Position numbers and translations under genes: made by a program. Shown here piece after piece: positions 39,186 through 49,618 of a stretch of DNA of 64,000 nt; the stretch's first letter is position 1; every line of letters starts with the position of its first letter. Below the pieces are notes generated by a model. That model was not told where the DNA came from and did not search any database. It saw nothing but the letters and a program-made list of their open reading frames with translations. The DNA comes from a virus (Duplodnaviria > Caudoviricetes), in IMG/VR virus record IMGVR_UViG_3300029288_000111, positions 1 through 64,000 of that record. One strand, 5' to 3'.

Positions 39186-39605
39186 CTACCTCCTTCCCTG
39201 ACCGCCTGCAGCGCCGCCAACACCAGGCATGGTCGCCAAGCCATCGTAGGGCATGGCGAGTTCGCGCACACACCTCACCGCCACCCGGCACACCGCCTCC
39301 ATGAGCGTGGTGCCCGGCGATTGGTAGCCCGGGCGGCCATTCCAGCCTGCCCAGCCCTGCGCCGTCAACCCGGCCCAGTAGGTGTCGCCCGGCGCGAACG
39401 GTGTCAGCAGGCGCCAGTGGTGGGTGCGCTCCATGTGCTCGATCACGTGATCAAGGCATCTCCACCACTCAGAGACAGGCGTGACCATCCCGCCTGTGAA
39501 CCCGAGCGCCTCCCATACCAGCAGGTTCAGTTGCGGCCCTGCCGGCAGGGCGTCCACCTCCTCGGCGGTGGGCTGCCAGCCGATCTCGATCGTCACTAGC
39601 GGCAC
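39186..39605 (-). CDS. Phage ABA-sandwich-like protein
   Basis: AGPQLNLLV...VIEHM...TLMEAVCRVAV pattern. Confidence 0.55.
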   Translation of the reverse strand: MPLVTIEIGWQPTAEEVDALPAGPQLNLLVWEALGFTGGMVTPVSEWWRCLDHVIEHMERTHHWRLLTPFAPGDTYWAGLTAQGWAGWNGRPGYQSPGTTLMEAVCRVAVRCVRELAMPYDGLATMPGVGGAAGGQGRR

Positions 39606-39807
39606 TTCCGTCCTCCCGTTCTCCTACAGCGGCAGCGCGAGCTGCTCCACCCGCCCCCGGCGGGGTTCCGCCGGGGGCGGTGGCTCAACAGCAGGCGCGG
39701 CCGGTCCTTTCAGCTTCCTGCCGCAGTGCGTGCAGTAGGCCTCCCCCGGCACGCACAGCTCGATCTCCCGCGTGCACCGGGGGCAGGCCACTCTCCCCAC
39801 GTCTCCC

Positions 39808-40086
39808 TCACGACGAGACCGGCGCATACGCTCGCTCCTCGCCCGCGTAGGCCAGCATCCGGCCAGTGAGCTCGCGCCGTACCAGCTTCTCGGCGGCCTC
39901 CATCGCGACCCGATGGAGGTCGGCCATCAACCCCAGCGCGGCGACCCGGTCCTCGCTGCACGCGCGCCTCAATATCTCCTGCAGGCGCTCCAGACCCTCC
40001 TCAGCCTCTGCCAGCGCCGTCTCGTGCGTGCCCCGGCAGAGATTGGCCCCCGCCACGTCCAGGTTCGCCCGTGCTCTCTCCATCAC
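39808..40086 (-). CDS. Hypothetical protein
   Basis: Strong RBS; first gene after ECF promoter 40106-40136. Confidence 0.6.
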   Translation of the reverse strand: MMERARANLDVAGANLCRGTHETALAEAEEGLERLQEILRRACSEDRVAALGLMADLHRVAMEAAEKLVRRELTGRMLAYAGEERAYAPVSS

Positions 40087-40105
40087 TCCTCCTCCCTCCT
40101 GCCAC

Positions 40106-40200
40106 TGCTAACGATCCAAACCGGTCAGCGTTCCCGGAATCTGCACCCGTTCATCGGAGTCGAGATTCCGGGAACGCTCGGCCCCCTCGCGCGTTAGCAG
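40106..40200. promoter_or_regulatory. Back-to-back divergent ECF-type promoters
   Basis: Minus 40106-40136 and plus 40170-40200, both ATTCCGGGAACGCT...CGTTAGCAGTGGCAG; coincides with the coding-strand switch. Confidence 0.85.
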
Positions 40201-40217
40201 TGGCAGGGAGGAAACGA

Positions 40218-40532
40218 ATGAGCGACGTGGCGAGAGAGTTCCGAAACGCAAGGCGCGTGGATACGGCCAAGGACTCCGCCCTTCTCGGGCCGCGCGGCCT
40301 TCCCGACTACGACCGCATGGCGACCGTGTCGGCGTTCGGGCGCGCGCTGGATTACCTCTGCCAACTGTCGGAAAGCCGGCGGACGGCCCTCGTCTGCAGC
40401 GAGGGCGACCCGATGCAGTGCCACCGGGAGAAGTTGCTGGCCCGCGAGCTACGCGCCCGCGGCGTGGAAGTGCGGCACATCCTGAGGGATGGGAGCATCG
40501 CCCCGCCGCCTGCACAGGGAGCCCTGCTATGA
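40218..40532 (+). CDS. DUF488-like protein (C-terminal half only)
   Basis: ALVCSEGDPMQCHR...GVEVRHI. Confidence 0.65.
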   Translation: MSDVAREFRNARRVDTAKDSALLGPRGLPDYDRMATVSAFGRALDYLCQLSESRRTALVCSEGDPMQCHREKLLARELRARGVEVRHILRDGSIAPPPAQGALL

Positions 40533-40553
40533 AGAAGAAGGAGAAGACCGACA

Positions 40554-40814
40554 ATGGGCACACATGACACCCCTCCGAGCGGCGGATCGCACGTCCGCTC
40601 ACTCACGCTCTCTCACACCTTCGTCGTCGGCGACGGCGAGGACGCCCGCCTGCACTGCGACCACTGCGGTGAGGAAGTTCCGATGCCCTACGGGGTCGTC
40701 ACCTGGGTCTGTGGCGTAATCGACGCCTTCAATGCCGCTCACTGCCGCTGCCACCCAGGCGACGAACCCTTTGGCCGCACCCGCTTTGCCGGAGAAAGGA
40801 ATCCCGATGCCTGA
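40554..40814 (+). CDS. Hypothetical protein
   Basis: RBS; CxxC. Confidence 0.5.
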   Translation: MGTHDTPPSGGSHVRSLTLSHTFVVGDGEDARLHCDHCGEEVPMPYGVVTWVCGVIDAFNAAHCRCHPGDEPFGRTRFAGERNPDA

Positions 40815-41574
40815 GACGATCACCCCCGCGCCGGAGCCGGACGTCGAGGAACTCAACGCCGACCGCTGCCCGATGACGCTGCCCCTCTCCATGTGGCAAC
40901 TCCTCGCCAAACTGTCCTGGCCCGACGGCCTCTCGAAGCGCCTTCGCAAAGCGGTGGCCGAGGCGGACATCAAGGATGTCATGCTCACCCTCTGGCCGAA
41001 CCCCGGGGAGTATTTCGTCCTCGCCCCGACGGCGTTCGCCCTCCTCAATACCGAGATCGACCGCCTGAAAGGGCACGCCGAGTCGGTGATCACCGACCTG
41101 CGACTGCGGAGCCAGGAGGTCAAGGACGGCAAGTTCTGCCTGAATGTCGAAACCCGGCACGAGCTGATGACCGTCCTGGCTGCGAGTCTGGCGAACATCC
41201 TGTCATCAGCAGGCGCATCGAACTACGTCGAGTTCACGGTGGCGCACCCAGACTTCGGCCCGCTCACCCTCACCCTTCAGCGCCAGCAGGGCAAGACGCC
41301 TGGACAAGTCGCCGCCGAGGTGATCGCCGAGCGCGATGCCGCCCGCGCCGAGGTGAGTGCGGCTTGCTGCTTTAAGTTCGTCGGACCGGGCGGAAGGTGG
41401 GTGGCAAGTAGTATCCCGGACGGCAAGTGGATCTGTTACCGGAACGATGGGCCGCTCGCACTGCGGTTGCCGTGGACGGACCACGCCACCCAGGCCGAGG
41501 CCGTCGCCCATGCGCGCGCTGAGGCCGCTGTCTACGACGCCGCGCTGAAGGAGCAGGAGAACGCCAATGTCTGA
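40807..41574 (+). CDS. Hypothetical phage protein
   Basis: GASNYVEFTV...LQRQQGKTP phage motif. Confidence 0.6.
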   Translation: MPETITPAPEPDVEELNADRCPMTLPLSMWQLLAKLSWPDGLSKRLRKAVAEADIKDVMLTLWPNPGEYFVLAPTAFALLNTEIDRLKGHAESVITDLRLRSQEVKDGKFCLNVETRHELMTVLAASLANILSSAGASNYVEFTVAHPDFGPLTLTLQRQQGKTPGQVAAEVIAERDAARAEVSAACCFKFVGPGGRWVASSIPDGKWICYRNDGPLALRLPWTDHATQAEAVAHARAEAAVYDAALKEQENANV

Positions 41575-41764
41575 GACGCACTCCGTATACCGCGCCGGCC
41601 AGGAGCGCGAGCCACTCAAGGTGGGCGACCGCGTTCGCGTGGAGGGCGTCGTGACTAACATAGGACACTGGAGCGCGGCGATCCGCCTGGAGACCGGCGA
41701 TTTCGTTTTCATATCGCTACCTACCGCCAACCGCCTGCCGAAGATCCAGGAGGTGCAGGAATGA
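41567..41764 (+). CDS. Small KOW/SH3-like protein
   Basis: LKVGDRVRVEG. Confidence 0.5.
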   Translation: MSETHSVYRAGQEREPLKVGDRVRVEGVVTNIGHWSAAIRLETGDFVFISLPTANRLPKIQEVQE

Positions 41765-43173
41765 CCACCGCGCAGGAGCGCCGGCATCCACACACCCTGG
41801 GCAGCGGAGAAGGTCAGCAGGTGAGCTACCAGATCCTTCAGGGTGACTGCTGCGAGGTGCTGGTGGGCCTGCCGGACGGGCACTTCCAGACCTGCATTAC
41901 GTCGCCGCCCTACTACAACCTGCGATCCTATAATGCGGGCGACCGCGAGATAGGGCAGGAGAGCACCCCGGAAGCCTATGTGGCGCGCCTGGTGACCGTG
42001 TTCGCCGAAGTGCGTCGGGTGCTGCACGATACCGGGGTACTGTGGGTCAATCTTGGCGATAGCTATGCGAACTGCGGCGGCCCCGAACCGGCGCTGCCAG
42101 CGGGCAACCTCCTTGGCATTCCCTGGCGGTTCGCCTTCGCGATGCAGCAGGACGGGTGGCTCTTGCGTTCGTCTGTGGTGTGGGCTAAGGCGGTGAGCTA
42201 TAACCCTGGCTACAGCGGGTCGGTGATGCCCGAATCAGTAAGGGGGTGGATATGGGGACGGTGCCGGGTGAAGGCGGAGGGGCGCCCGTACCGGCAGCAT
42301 CAAAGCGTTGCCGGGGAAACGTGGACAGGAGACGTATCGCGCAAGCTGACTGCCACGTACAGTGACTGCCCCGGATGCGAACGCTGCCTTCCCAACGGCG
42401 GCTACGTCCTTCGCCGGGGTTCCTGGCGGCCCACCAGCGCCCACGAGATGGTGTTCATGTTCACGAAGGGTGGTGATTACTTCTGCGACAGCACGGCAGT
42501 GGCGGAGGTGGGAAGTGGGCGTGTACCAGGAAATGTGAAGCCACAGAAAGGTGTGGGGGATAAAGGATTTGAGATTCGCGGAGGGCTACTCGCTTCACAG
42601 CAGCAGCCACAGATGACCCGCAACCCACGGAACGTGTGGGATATACCCCTAGAAACCGACGTGCTGAAGCTGAGCCCGCGTGGGTCATCGCTTCCCCACT
42701 ACGCTTTGTTCCCGCCCGACCTGGTACGCCCGATGATCCGGGCGGCAACCGGCGGCAGAGAACATCCGGGTGTGTGTAGCTCCTGCGGGATGCCGTGGAG
42801 CCCTGTAGTGGAAACACAGCGAGGGTTCCGCGTTGACCGCCCGGCGGTCAACGCGGAACAGACCGGACGTTCTGATGGGTTCACACCACCACCTGCTTCC
42901 AAGGATATATACCAAAAGCACGTTTCATCCTACCGCCCATCCTGCCCCCACGCCGACGCCCCGGCGCGGCCGGCGCGCGTCCTAGACCCCTTCTCGGGCA
43001 TGGGCACCACCTGCCTGGTGGCTATCCAGGAGGGTTGCGACGCCACCGGGATCGAGCTGAACACGGATTACGCCCGCATGTCCGAGGAGCGCATAGATCG
43101 TGAGGGGGTGATCGGCCCCCGCGCCTACGACCGGCAGCAGGCCGGGCAGTTGCGACTCATGGAGGTAGGCTGA
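41761..43173 (+). CDS. N4/N6 DNA methyltransferase
   Basis: TSPPY, HYALFP, VLDPFSGMGTT, GIELN. Confidence 0.92.
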   Translation: MTTAQERRHPHTLGSGEGQQVSYQILQGDCCEVLVGLPDGHFQTCITSPPYYNLRSYNAGDREIGQESTPEAYVARLVTVFAEVRRVLHDTGVLWVNLGDSYANCGGPEPALPAGNLLGIPWRFAFAMQQDGWLLRSSVVWAKAVSYNPGYSGSVMPESVRGWIWGRCRVKAEGRPYRQHQSVAGETWTGDVSRKLTATYSDCPGCERCLPNGGYVLRRGSWRPTSAHEMVFMFTKGGDYFCDSTAVAEVGSGRVPGNVKPQKGVGDKGFEIRGGLLASQQQPQMTRNPRNVWDIPLETDVLKLSPRGSSLPHYALFPPDLVRPMIRAATGGREHPGVCSSCGMPWSPVVETQRGFRVDRPAVNAEQTGRSDGFTPPPASKDIYQKHVSSYRPSCPHADAPARPARVLDPFSGMGTTCLVAIQEGCDATGIELNTDYARMSEERIDREGVIGPRAYDRQQAGQLRLMEVG

Positions 43174-43177
43174 CACA

Positions 43178-43695
43178 GTGCAACTCGTGCCGCTGAAACT
43201 ATCCGACGCTAACGCCCTGGTGGCCCGCTACCACCGACACAACAAGCCTGTGGTGGGCTCCCGCTTTTCTATTGGTCTAGTGTTCGGCGGCCAGTTGGTC
43301 GGCGCGGCCATTGTCGGACGGCCAGTAGCTCGACACCTGGACGACCTCATGACCGCTGAAGTGACACGGGTGTGCGTGACGCCGGAAGCGCCGAGGAATG
43401 CGAACTCTTGTCTCTATGGTGCCTGCTGGCGGGCATGGCGGGCGATGGGCGGCAGGCGCATGGTGACGTACACGCCACGCGGGAGAGCGGTGCGTCCCTG
43501 CGTGGGGCGGGGTGGCGGTGCGTTAGCGACGTGCGTGCTGATGAATGGTCTTGCAAGAGCCGGCCGCGTCAAACACAAACTGTCTACGGCGAGACGAAGT
43601 ACCGTTGGCAGGTAGGGGAAGATTCGCCGGAAGTGCCGACGTGGGAAACGAGTGACCGGCAGCTGGCCGGGCAACTTGCCCTGTTGGAAACCTGA
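43178..43695 (+). pseudogene. XF1762-like conserved phage protein, frameshifted near 43470-43482
   Basis: HRHNKPV...GRPVAR..DD...EVTR...NANSCLYGA in one frame; ESGASLRGAGW...KYRW in another. Confidence 0.7.
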
Positions 43696-43710
43696 GAGGA
43701 ACTGAACACC

Positions 43711-44034
43711 ATGGACTCGCGTGAACAAGCTGAAGACCGCCCCGTTTTCGACGAGTGGGCCGTTGTCGAACTCCTCGGCCACACCACCCTCGCCGGCCGC
43801 TGCACCGAGGAAACCATCGCCGGCGCGGGCGTCCTGCGGATCGAGGTGCCCGCGACGAACGACACTCCCGCCTTCCGCCGCTATGTCGGCCCGAAGGCGC
43901 TCTACTCCATCACGCCTTGCTCGGAATACGAGGCGTACCGGCTGGCCGCCCGGCTGAAGGCCGACCGCCTCCCATTCGGCTTCGAGCGCCCGGAGGCCGG
44001 CGGCGAACCCGAGGACCCCTGCGAGAGGGAGTAA
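43711..44034 (+). CDS. Conserved phage hypothetical protein
   Basis: WAVVELLGH..LAG...LRIEVP...ALYSITPCSE. Confidence 0.7.
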   Translation: MDSREQAEDRPVFDEWAVVELLGHTTLAGRCTEETIAGAGVLRIEVPATNDTPAFRRYVGPKALYSITPCSEYEAYRLAARLKADRLPFGFERPEAGGEPEDPCERE

Positions 44035-44071
44035 GCACAAGAGTCAAGATTCCGAGAAAGGGAAAGAAGCG

Positions 44072-44359
44072 ATGAAGAGAACCCCAGAACAGATCCGCGC
44101 AGAGTTGAGCGAGGTGTCGAGGATACATGCCCAACTGGAATCCCTGGTCAAGAATGCGAATACGTTCTTCCGGTCGAGTGCGGAAGAAGGATGCGACTCC
44201 AGCGTCTTGGAGTGCAGACGAAGCTTGTGTAGAGACTACCAGCGGGCAGCCCAGGTGTTGGACACGGTCACGACCATGCTGACCTATGAACTAAACGACT
44301 CGGTGCGGCTCACCCGTGGGGCCAAACAGGAGGACGCCCCGAACGCAGCATCCTCGTAA
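44072..44359 (+). CDS. Hypothetical protein (lower GC)
   Basis: RBS; last gene before the terminator. Confidence 0.5.
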   Translation: MKRTPEQIRAELSEVSRIHAQLESLVKNANTFFRSSAEEGCDSSVLECRRSLCRDYQRAAQVLDTVTTMLTYELNDSVRLTRGAKQEDAPNAASS

Positions 44360-44455
44360 CCCCGCACCCGCCAACCGGGCGAGCACTTTGGCCGTTTCGG
44401 TCGTTCCGACCACAAACGGGAGGAGATAGGAGGGCGTCATGTAGCCCGTACACGC

Positions 44456-44493
44456 GAAGAGGCCCGGGCAGGTTTCCCCACCCGGGCCTCTTC
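44456..44493. terminator. Hairpin between convergent operons
   Basis: GAAGAGGCCCGGG...CCCGGGCCTCTTC, 13-bp stem. Confidence 0.75.
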
Positions 44494-44542
44494 TCTCCGC
44501 CCGCCTGAAAATCAACCGCCGCAAAATGCGCGAGAGACAGGT

Positions 44543-45100
44543 TCAGCTACCCAGCGCCCGCAGCCGCTTTGCCAACTCTGCCGCGAACCGCACCCGCGTC
44601 TCCCGCGCCGCGATGATCCGCCGGTCCCTCGGGCAGGTGAGATACCCCACCTCCACCAGCGCGCAGGGGCCGCGAAAGTCCATCACCGCCAGCCGATGCA
44701 CTGCGGTCTCCCGCTCGTTCCGCACGCCCCTGTCCCTCAGCCCGGTGGCTCGCAGGCAGGCAGCATGAACGATACAGGCGAACTTCTGATCCTCACCGTC
44801 GCGGAAGAACGTCTCCACCCCGCTGGTCAGGATGCTCCCGGCGTTGGCGTGGATGCTCAGGAAGTGCGTGCAGCCCGCCGCGCGGGCACGCTCGTCGCGG
44901 TTGCCTACCGGCGCGGCGTCGCGGTCGTCGGCGCGAGAGAGCCAGCAGGCGATCCCTGCCTGCACCAGTGCCCACTTCAGCGTCAGCGCCCACTGGAGCG
45001 CCAGGTCCGCTTCCTGGATGCCCCCCGCACACGCGCCGCAATCGTACGAGCCGGAAGTCTTATTCGAGAACCCATGTCCGGGATCAAGGGCGAGTTTCAT
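44543..45100 (-). CDS. Endolysin, N-acetylmuramoyl-L-alanine amidase (Amidase_3)
   Basis: LDPGHG, E, SIHANA, LVEVGYL. Confidence 0.92.
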   Translation of the reverse strand: MKLALDPGHGFSNKTSGSYDCGACAGGIQEADLALQWALTLKWALVQAGIACWLSRADDRDAAPVGNRDERARAAGCTHFLSIHANAGSILTSGVETFFRDGEDQKFACIVHAACLRATGLRDRGVRNERETAVHRLAVMDFRGPCALVEVGYLTCPRDRRIIAARETRVRFAAELAKRLRALGS

Positions 45101-45301
45101 CGATCCACCCCCCGTCCGGGTCCTCGTCCATCTCCGGCACGGCCGGCGACTTAGGCCACGGCACGATCAGCGGAACCGACCCCCCCTTCAGTTCAGGATC
45201 GGTCGGCGGCGCCTTCTCCCGCCGCCGCAGCCACGCCCCGATCCGCACGACGAGTTGCCAGCCCTTCACCGTCACGATGATCTTCTCCGGGATCGGCAGC
45301 T

Positions 45302-45613
45302 TCACGGCGCTTCTCCTTTCGCCCGCAGCCGCTTCAGCGCGGCCTGCACCAGCGCCTTCGCCCGCCGGCAGGCCCGCCGCACCAGCGCCCGCACCAGCGC
45401 ATCCGGCAGGAGCCGCCCGAACCGATGGGCACGGATCCATGTCACCGCCGTGTCTTCGAGGACCCGCTCCAACTCCTCCTCACTAAGGCAGGAGTCGGGA
45501 TCCACCCGCGCTGTCTTCTCCGCCTGCCGAACCGCCAACGCGGTCCGCTCCTCCACCGCCTTCAGGCCCGCCAGCAGCGCCGCGGCGATGGCTAGGCCCG
45601 TTTCGAGGTTCAC
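45302..45613 (-). CDS. Lysis-module membrane-anchored protein
   Basis: N-terminal hydrophobic helix. Confidence 0.5.
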   Translation of the reverse strand: MNLETGLAIAAALLAGLKAVEERTALAVRQAEKTARVDPDSCLSEEELERVLEDTAVTWIRAHRFGRLLPDALVRALVRRACRRAKALVQAALKRLRAKGEAP

Positions 45614-45930
45614 TCTTCGGTTCCCTTCCTACCGACCATCAGGTGCTCTATCGTGCTCCTCATGCGGTCGATCTGCGCATGCAGCGTTTCGATTTCCGCC
45701 AACGCCTGCGAGAGCCGGGAGTTTACCAGCGTATGGATCTCGGCACTTGCTTCTGCTTGCGACAGAGCAATCTTCTTCGCGTTCCCAGCCTGTACCTCGG
45801 CGGCATTCTTGGCCTCCCGTGCCATTCGGAGTGCTGTCCGCTGTTGGACAATCAGGGTGAGGATGCCCCCGAGCAATCCTACCAGCGCCACTCCCACAGC
45901 GCCCAGTGCAGTCCACATCGCGTCAGTCAT
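45610..45930 (-). CDS. Holin-like protein
   Basis: N-terminal TM plus coiled coil, next to the endolysin. Confidence 0.55.
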   Translation of the reverse strand: MTDAMWTALGAVGVALVGLLGGILTLIVQQRTALRMAREAKNAAEVQAGNAKKIALSQAEASAEIHTLVNSRLSQALAEIETLHAQIDRMRSTIEHLMVGRKGTEE

Positions 45931-46198
45931 GGCGTTTACAATGCTCCATCAGCGCCCCGATGGCCAGGCGCAGTTCGACGAGGGCCTTCGTGTTCTCCGA
46001 GAGACTTCCACGAAGCAACGTATAGAGGAGCATGAATGCAGTGATCGGGAACCCTACGTCCCTGATCCCGGCCCACACGTCATAACCTCCCTGCACCGCT
46101 ATTGCCGCAACGGGCGCCTGGCCCCCTGCCAACGTGGCAGCCAGAACCGCGGTCGCCGCCGATAGAACCATCACCAAACTGAAACGGATCAGTGTCAT
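45923..46198 (-). CDS. Holin-like membrane protein
   Basis: Two hydrophobic segments; DVGFPITAFMLL...ENTKAL. Confidence 0.55.
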   Translation of the reverse strand: MTLIRFSLVMVLSAATAVLAATLAGGQAPVAAIAVQGGYDVWAGIRDVGFPITAFMLLYTLLRGSLSENTKALVELRLAIGALMEHCKRHD

Positions 46199-46233
46199 CA
46201 GGCTCCTTCCTGGCTCACGGGGCCAGCCGAATC

Positions 46234-47289
46234 CTATGGCAGCGCGTGTGTGCGCGCCACCAGTGCCGATAGGTCCGGGGTTCGCAGGGCCGTCTCTACG
46301 GCGTCCGCATAGTCGGCCTGCATCGGGCTGCCGACCCCCCGCCAACGCGGCGTCTGGTTGTACAGCCAGACGATGCCGTTCTCCTCACTGCTCATCCCCC
46401 ATGCCTGGCGGATGGAATACGCCAGTTCCTGCGGTGCGAACCAGTTGTTCGAGAGATCGACGGCATCCCAGGGGTAGACGCCATTCTGGTTGTCGAGCCA
46501 TATCCCTTTCCCCTGCGCCATCTGCGCCGCCGCCACGGCCGCCGCCGCTGGGGAGAAGGCGCTAATGGGCAGCGCCAAGGCGGTATCTCTCGCCGCGCGG
46601 AACTGCGCGCAGGTGCGGTAGCCGTAGGACGGCTCAAACCCCTCGATCAGTCGGGTGCCCGAGTCCATCGTCTCCAACATCCCTTCGAAGAACTCGAAGG
46701 CCAGTCCATAGAGCGCGTCCTCTGGGTTCGCTTCCTGCGTCCGGCGATACGCCGGGAAGTAGGGGCCATAGGGACAGAAAACGTGAATGGCTGGGAACTC
46801 CGCGTTGAGCGCAGCCATGAACGCCGCCCCCTGCACCTTCGCCTGCGCCTGGTATTCACCGAACGTGTGCGCGGCCTTGCGCCCGGCGTCGAAGCTGCTG
46901 TAAGTCCAGAGAACCGTGCCATACTCCTCGATGTCGAAACAGATCCCCCGGCAGCCCCCGAGGTAGGCCGTGCGCGCCATCAGACCGGCGTTGGCGAGTG
47001 TCGGCACCCAGTTTCCGAACAGATCAACGGCGTTGAGGATGTTGACGCGAGGGAAGTTGCTATCCCACCTCAGCCAGACCGTCGCCTGCAGATCAGCCAG
47101 CGCCGCCGCGTAGTCTCCCTCTACCTGCGTTGTGGACGAGAGCACGTAGTTCCCGAGGTTGGTCGCGCCGTCCATCACCCAGAACACCACGCCCTGGAAT
47201 GGCTCGCTCGCCTCCATCGCGAGGGAGTTGGCCCGCAGGTAGGCCGTGTCCTGGGTGTCAAAACCCCATTGTATGATGCGCCTTCTCAC
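46234..47289 (-). CDS. Putative glycoside-hydrolase-like (TIM-barrel) protein
   Basis: GCRGICFDIEEY, Trp/Tyr-rich; adjacent to tail fibres. Confidence 0.45.
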   Translation of the reverse strand: MRRRIIQWGFDTQDTAYLRANSLAMEASEPFQGVVFWVMDGATNLGNYVLSSTTQVEGDYAAALADLQATVWLRWDSNFPRVNILNAVDLFGNWVPTLANAGLMARTAYLGGCRGICFDIEEYGTVLWTYSSFDAGRKAAHTFGEYQAQAKVQGAAFMAALNAEFPAIHVFCPYGPYFPAYRRTQEANPEDALYGLAFEFFEGMLETMDSGTRLIEGFEPSYGYRTCAQFRAARDTALALPISAFSPAAAAVAAAQMAQGKGIWLDNQNGVYPWDAVDLSNNWFAPQELAYSIRQAWGMSSEENGIVWLYNQTPRWRGVGSPMQADYADAVETALRTPDLSALVARTHALP

Positions 47290-47524
47290 ATCTACTCCAA
47301 ATCCTCAACCCAGACGAAACGCCCGTCGGCCTTCATAATCGCTATGGTTGCGGGCGGCGCGTCTACCTCCACGCGCATTGGTGCAGCCGGGCTTTCGAGG
47401 AGCGTTGCGCTGCCGCGAAGCTGGCCCTCATCGTCTATGTATGCCAACTGGACGCCGCCCCCGTAGGCAGGCGGTAGGTCATCCATGCTCGTCACCTCGA
47501 AGATCGATCTCATGCTAGCCCCTC

Positions 47525-49618
47525 TCAGGCGAACTGATTCAGGCCGTCCTCGTGCTCGCCGCTGGCCCCACCGGGCCACACCTCGAAATCATCCAGAGTG
47601 TTCCCCTGGTAAGTGGAGAACACGCCCGCAAGCCGTGCGCTCGCGATGTCGGCATCTGCGATAGTACTGGCCGCGCCAACGGGCGTGCCGTTGTAGAACG
47701 CTCGGTAGGAGTTGTCGCGCCGGTGGACTTCGACGGCGGAACCGGCCACGTAGGTGATTGCGGATGGCACGATCACCGTTGACCACGAGCCCGCGACACA
47801 CTTCCTGAGCGTGAGCGTGTAGTTCCCGGCTCCATCACTCACGATGGACGCCAACACGAGATTGGCTGGCGCCGCTGCGCTGTCCAGGGAGATCGCCACG
47901 CCCGCCGGGTGCGTCGGGTCGGTAGCGTCGAGAGTGACTTTCGCTGAGACAATCACATCGCGGGTGGCCGGGTTGACCGATGAGAAGAGCTCACTCAGGG
48001 TGAGCGGCTTCAGGGAGGCATCGTCTATCGTCACGTCGCAGGCCGCCGTGCGCACAAGGATCACGTCCGCATGACTGGCCAAGAACGAAGCCGACCGGAC
48101 CCCGGTGGCGCCGAGCCGCCGGATGGCGGTGGCGTTGTTGAGGATGTCCAGTGTTCCCGTGGTGAGCGCCTTCACGTCCACACTCACCCGGTGCCAGGTA
48201 TCTACGACGGCGACGGCCTGCTTGACTCCCATCGCCTTGCCGTTGTCAGACACGATCTGCGCCTGCCCCGCCGGATTCTCGGAGACGTAGTTCGTGCCGT
48301 CCTCCACGGCGTTGAGCGTCCAGTTGTCCGGGTCGCCCCCCGTCCATGCCGCGAAGTTCCCGTTGACGAGTGCCTCCGCGCCCGGCGTCGGGGTATTCAG
48401 CACCGCCCCCGCGCCGTTGAGCGTCCAAAGCCCGTCGTCAGTCCATGCCATGCCCGCCCCGCCGTTTGCCTCCGCGTGCCCCTCACCGTCGCTGAGGCGG
48501 CCGTTCAGGACCCCCGCCAGCCCCCCGAACGCATCACTCACCAGCGGCTGGGGGAGCCACAGCGTCAGGGTACTGGAACTCTTGAGGTTGTCAGCGGTGA
48601 GACCCGTGGCGACGGTGGCGGAGATGTAGGCGGTGGCACCGAGGTACATCGTCGCGGTTGTGCCGATTCGACAGACGTACACCAGGGTCCACTTTGCGAA
48701 TGCGCCTCCACGGACGAAGAAGAACGCACCAGTGCTCCGAAGGACAATGGCAACCCGGTACGTCGCGGCTGCATAGGTGGCGGCGGTCTTGTTGCCGCTG
48801 CCGGAAATCATGCAACGCAGGTCCGCAGCGGAGTCTAACCACAAGGCGTAGGGAGTGCCCAGGATCCCGGGGTTGGATGCGGCAAATCCGAACCGCTGTT
48901 CCTGGTTCGTTGCCGCGGGCGTGAGATCGGCACAAGCTACAAACCCCGCCCGGCGAGTGATTGCCCGGTCGTACCAGAGTCCGGGGTTCTCCCACGACGC
49001 CGGGTTGCCCGCGTCCGCCGCCTTGGAGAACGTCAGCTTCCCGGCGGCCACCGAGAGCGCGTTGACAGTATCCACCACGTTTCTGGTATCCGCACTTCCG
49101 TCCGAGGCCGTGCCATCCACCGAACCGGCGCCGTGGGCGGTCGTGAAGGCATCCACAAACGCCGTCAGGGTCGCCAACAGGTCCACTCCGCTGGCGATCA
49201 CCAGCGCCTTCAGGGACTCCAGTTCGGCGCGCAGGCCCAGGATGTAGTTCGCCACGTCTTCGCCGTAGGTCACGGCGCTGAAGACCCGTTTGTGTTCTCC
49301 CGGGGGCAGCGATGACGAGCGACCGGAGGCGCTGAGGCCCGAACGCGCCGCCGCTGCCGTGGACGCTCCGGTGCCACCGTCGGCAACGGCCAGGTCGGTG
49401 ATGCCCGTGACCGTGCCCCCGGCGATGGCCACGGTGGCGCCGATGATCGACCACAGGTCCGCCAGGGCGGCACAGGCGAGGGTCGTTACCGAGAAGTCCG
49501 TGACAGGGAGCCCCTCGAACTTGCGCAGCGCGGCGTTGAAGCGGGGGAAGTCATCGTCGGCGAAAGTGGACGGGTCTACCCGTAACTGCTGGGCCGTTGT
49601 CGTCGGGATGGATGGCAT
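47525..49618 (-). CDS. Tail fibre / receptor-binding protein
   Basis: LAVADGGTGASTAAAAR fibre motif; beta-rich CBM-like C-terminus. Confidence 0.75.
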   Translation of the reverse strand: MPSIPTTTAQQLRVDPSTFADDDFPRFNAALRKFEGLPVTDFSVTTLACAALADLWSIIGATVAIAGGTVTGITDLAVADGGTGASTAAAARSGLSASGRSSSLPPGEHKRVFSAVTYGEDVANYILGLRAELESLKALVIASGVDLLATLTAFVDAFTTAHGAGSVDGTASDGSADTRNVVDTVNALSVAAGKLTFSKAADAGNPASWENPGLWYDRAITRRAGFVACADLTPAATNQEQRFGFAASNPGILGTPYALWLDSAADLRCMISGSGNKTAATYAAATYRVAIVLRSTGAFFFVRGGAFAKWTLVYVCRIGTTATMYLGATAYISATVATGLTADNLKSSSTLTLWLPQPLVSDAFGGLAGVLNGRLSDGEGHAEANGGAGMAWTDDGLWTLNGAGAVLNTPTPGAEALVNGNFAAWTGGDPDNWTLNAVEDGTNYVSENPAGQAQIVSDNGKAMGVKQAVAVVDTWHRVSVDVKALTTGTLDILNNATAIRRLGATGVRSASFLASHADVILVRTAACDVTIDDASLKPLTLSELFSSVNPATRDVIVSAKVTLDATDPTHPAGVAISLDSAAAPANLVLASIVSDGAGNYTLTLRKCVAGSWSTVIVPSAITYVAGSAVEVHRRDNSYRAFYNGTPVGAASTIADADIASARLAGVFSTYQGNTLDDFEVWPGGASGEHEDGLNQFA

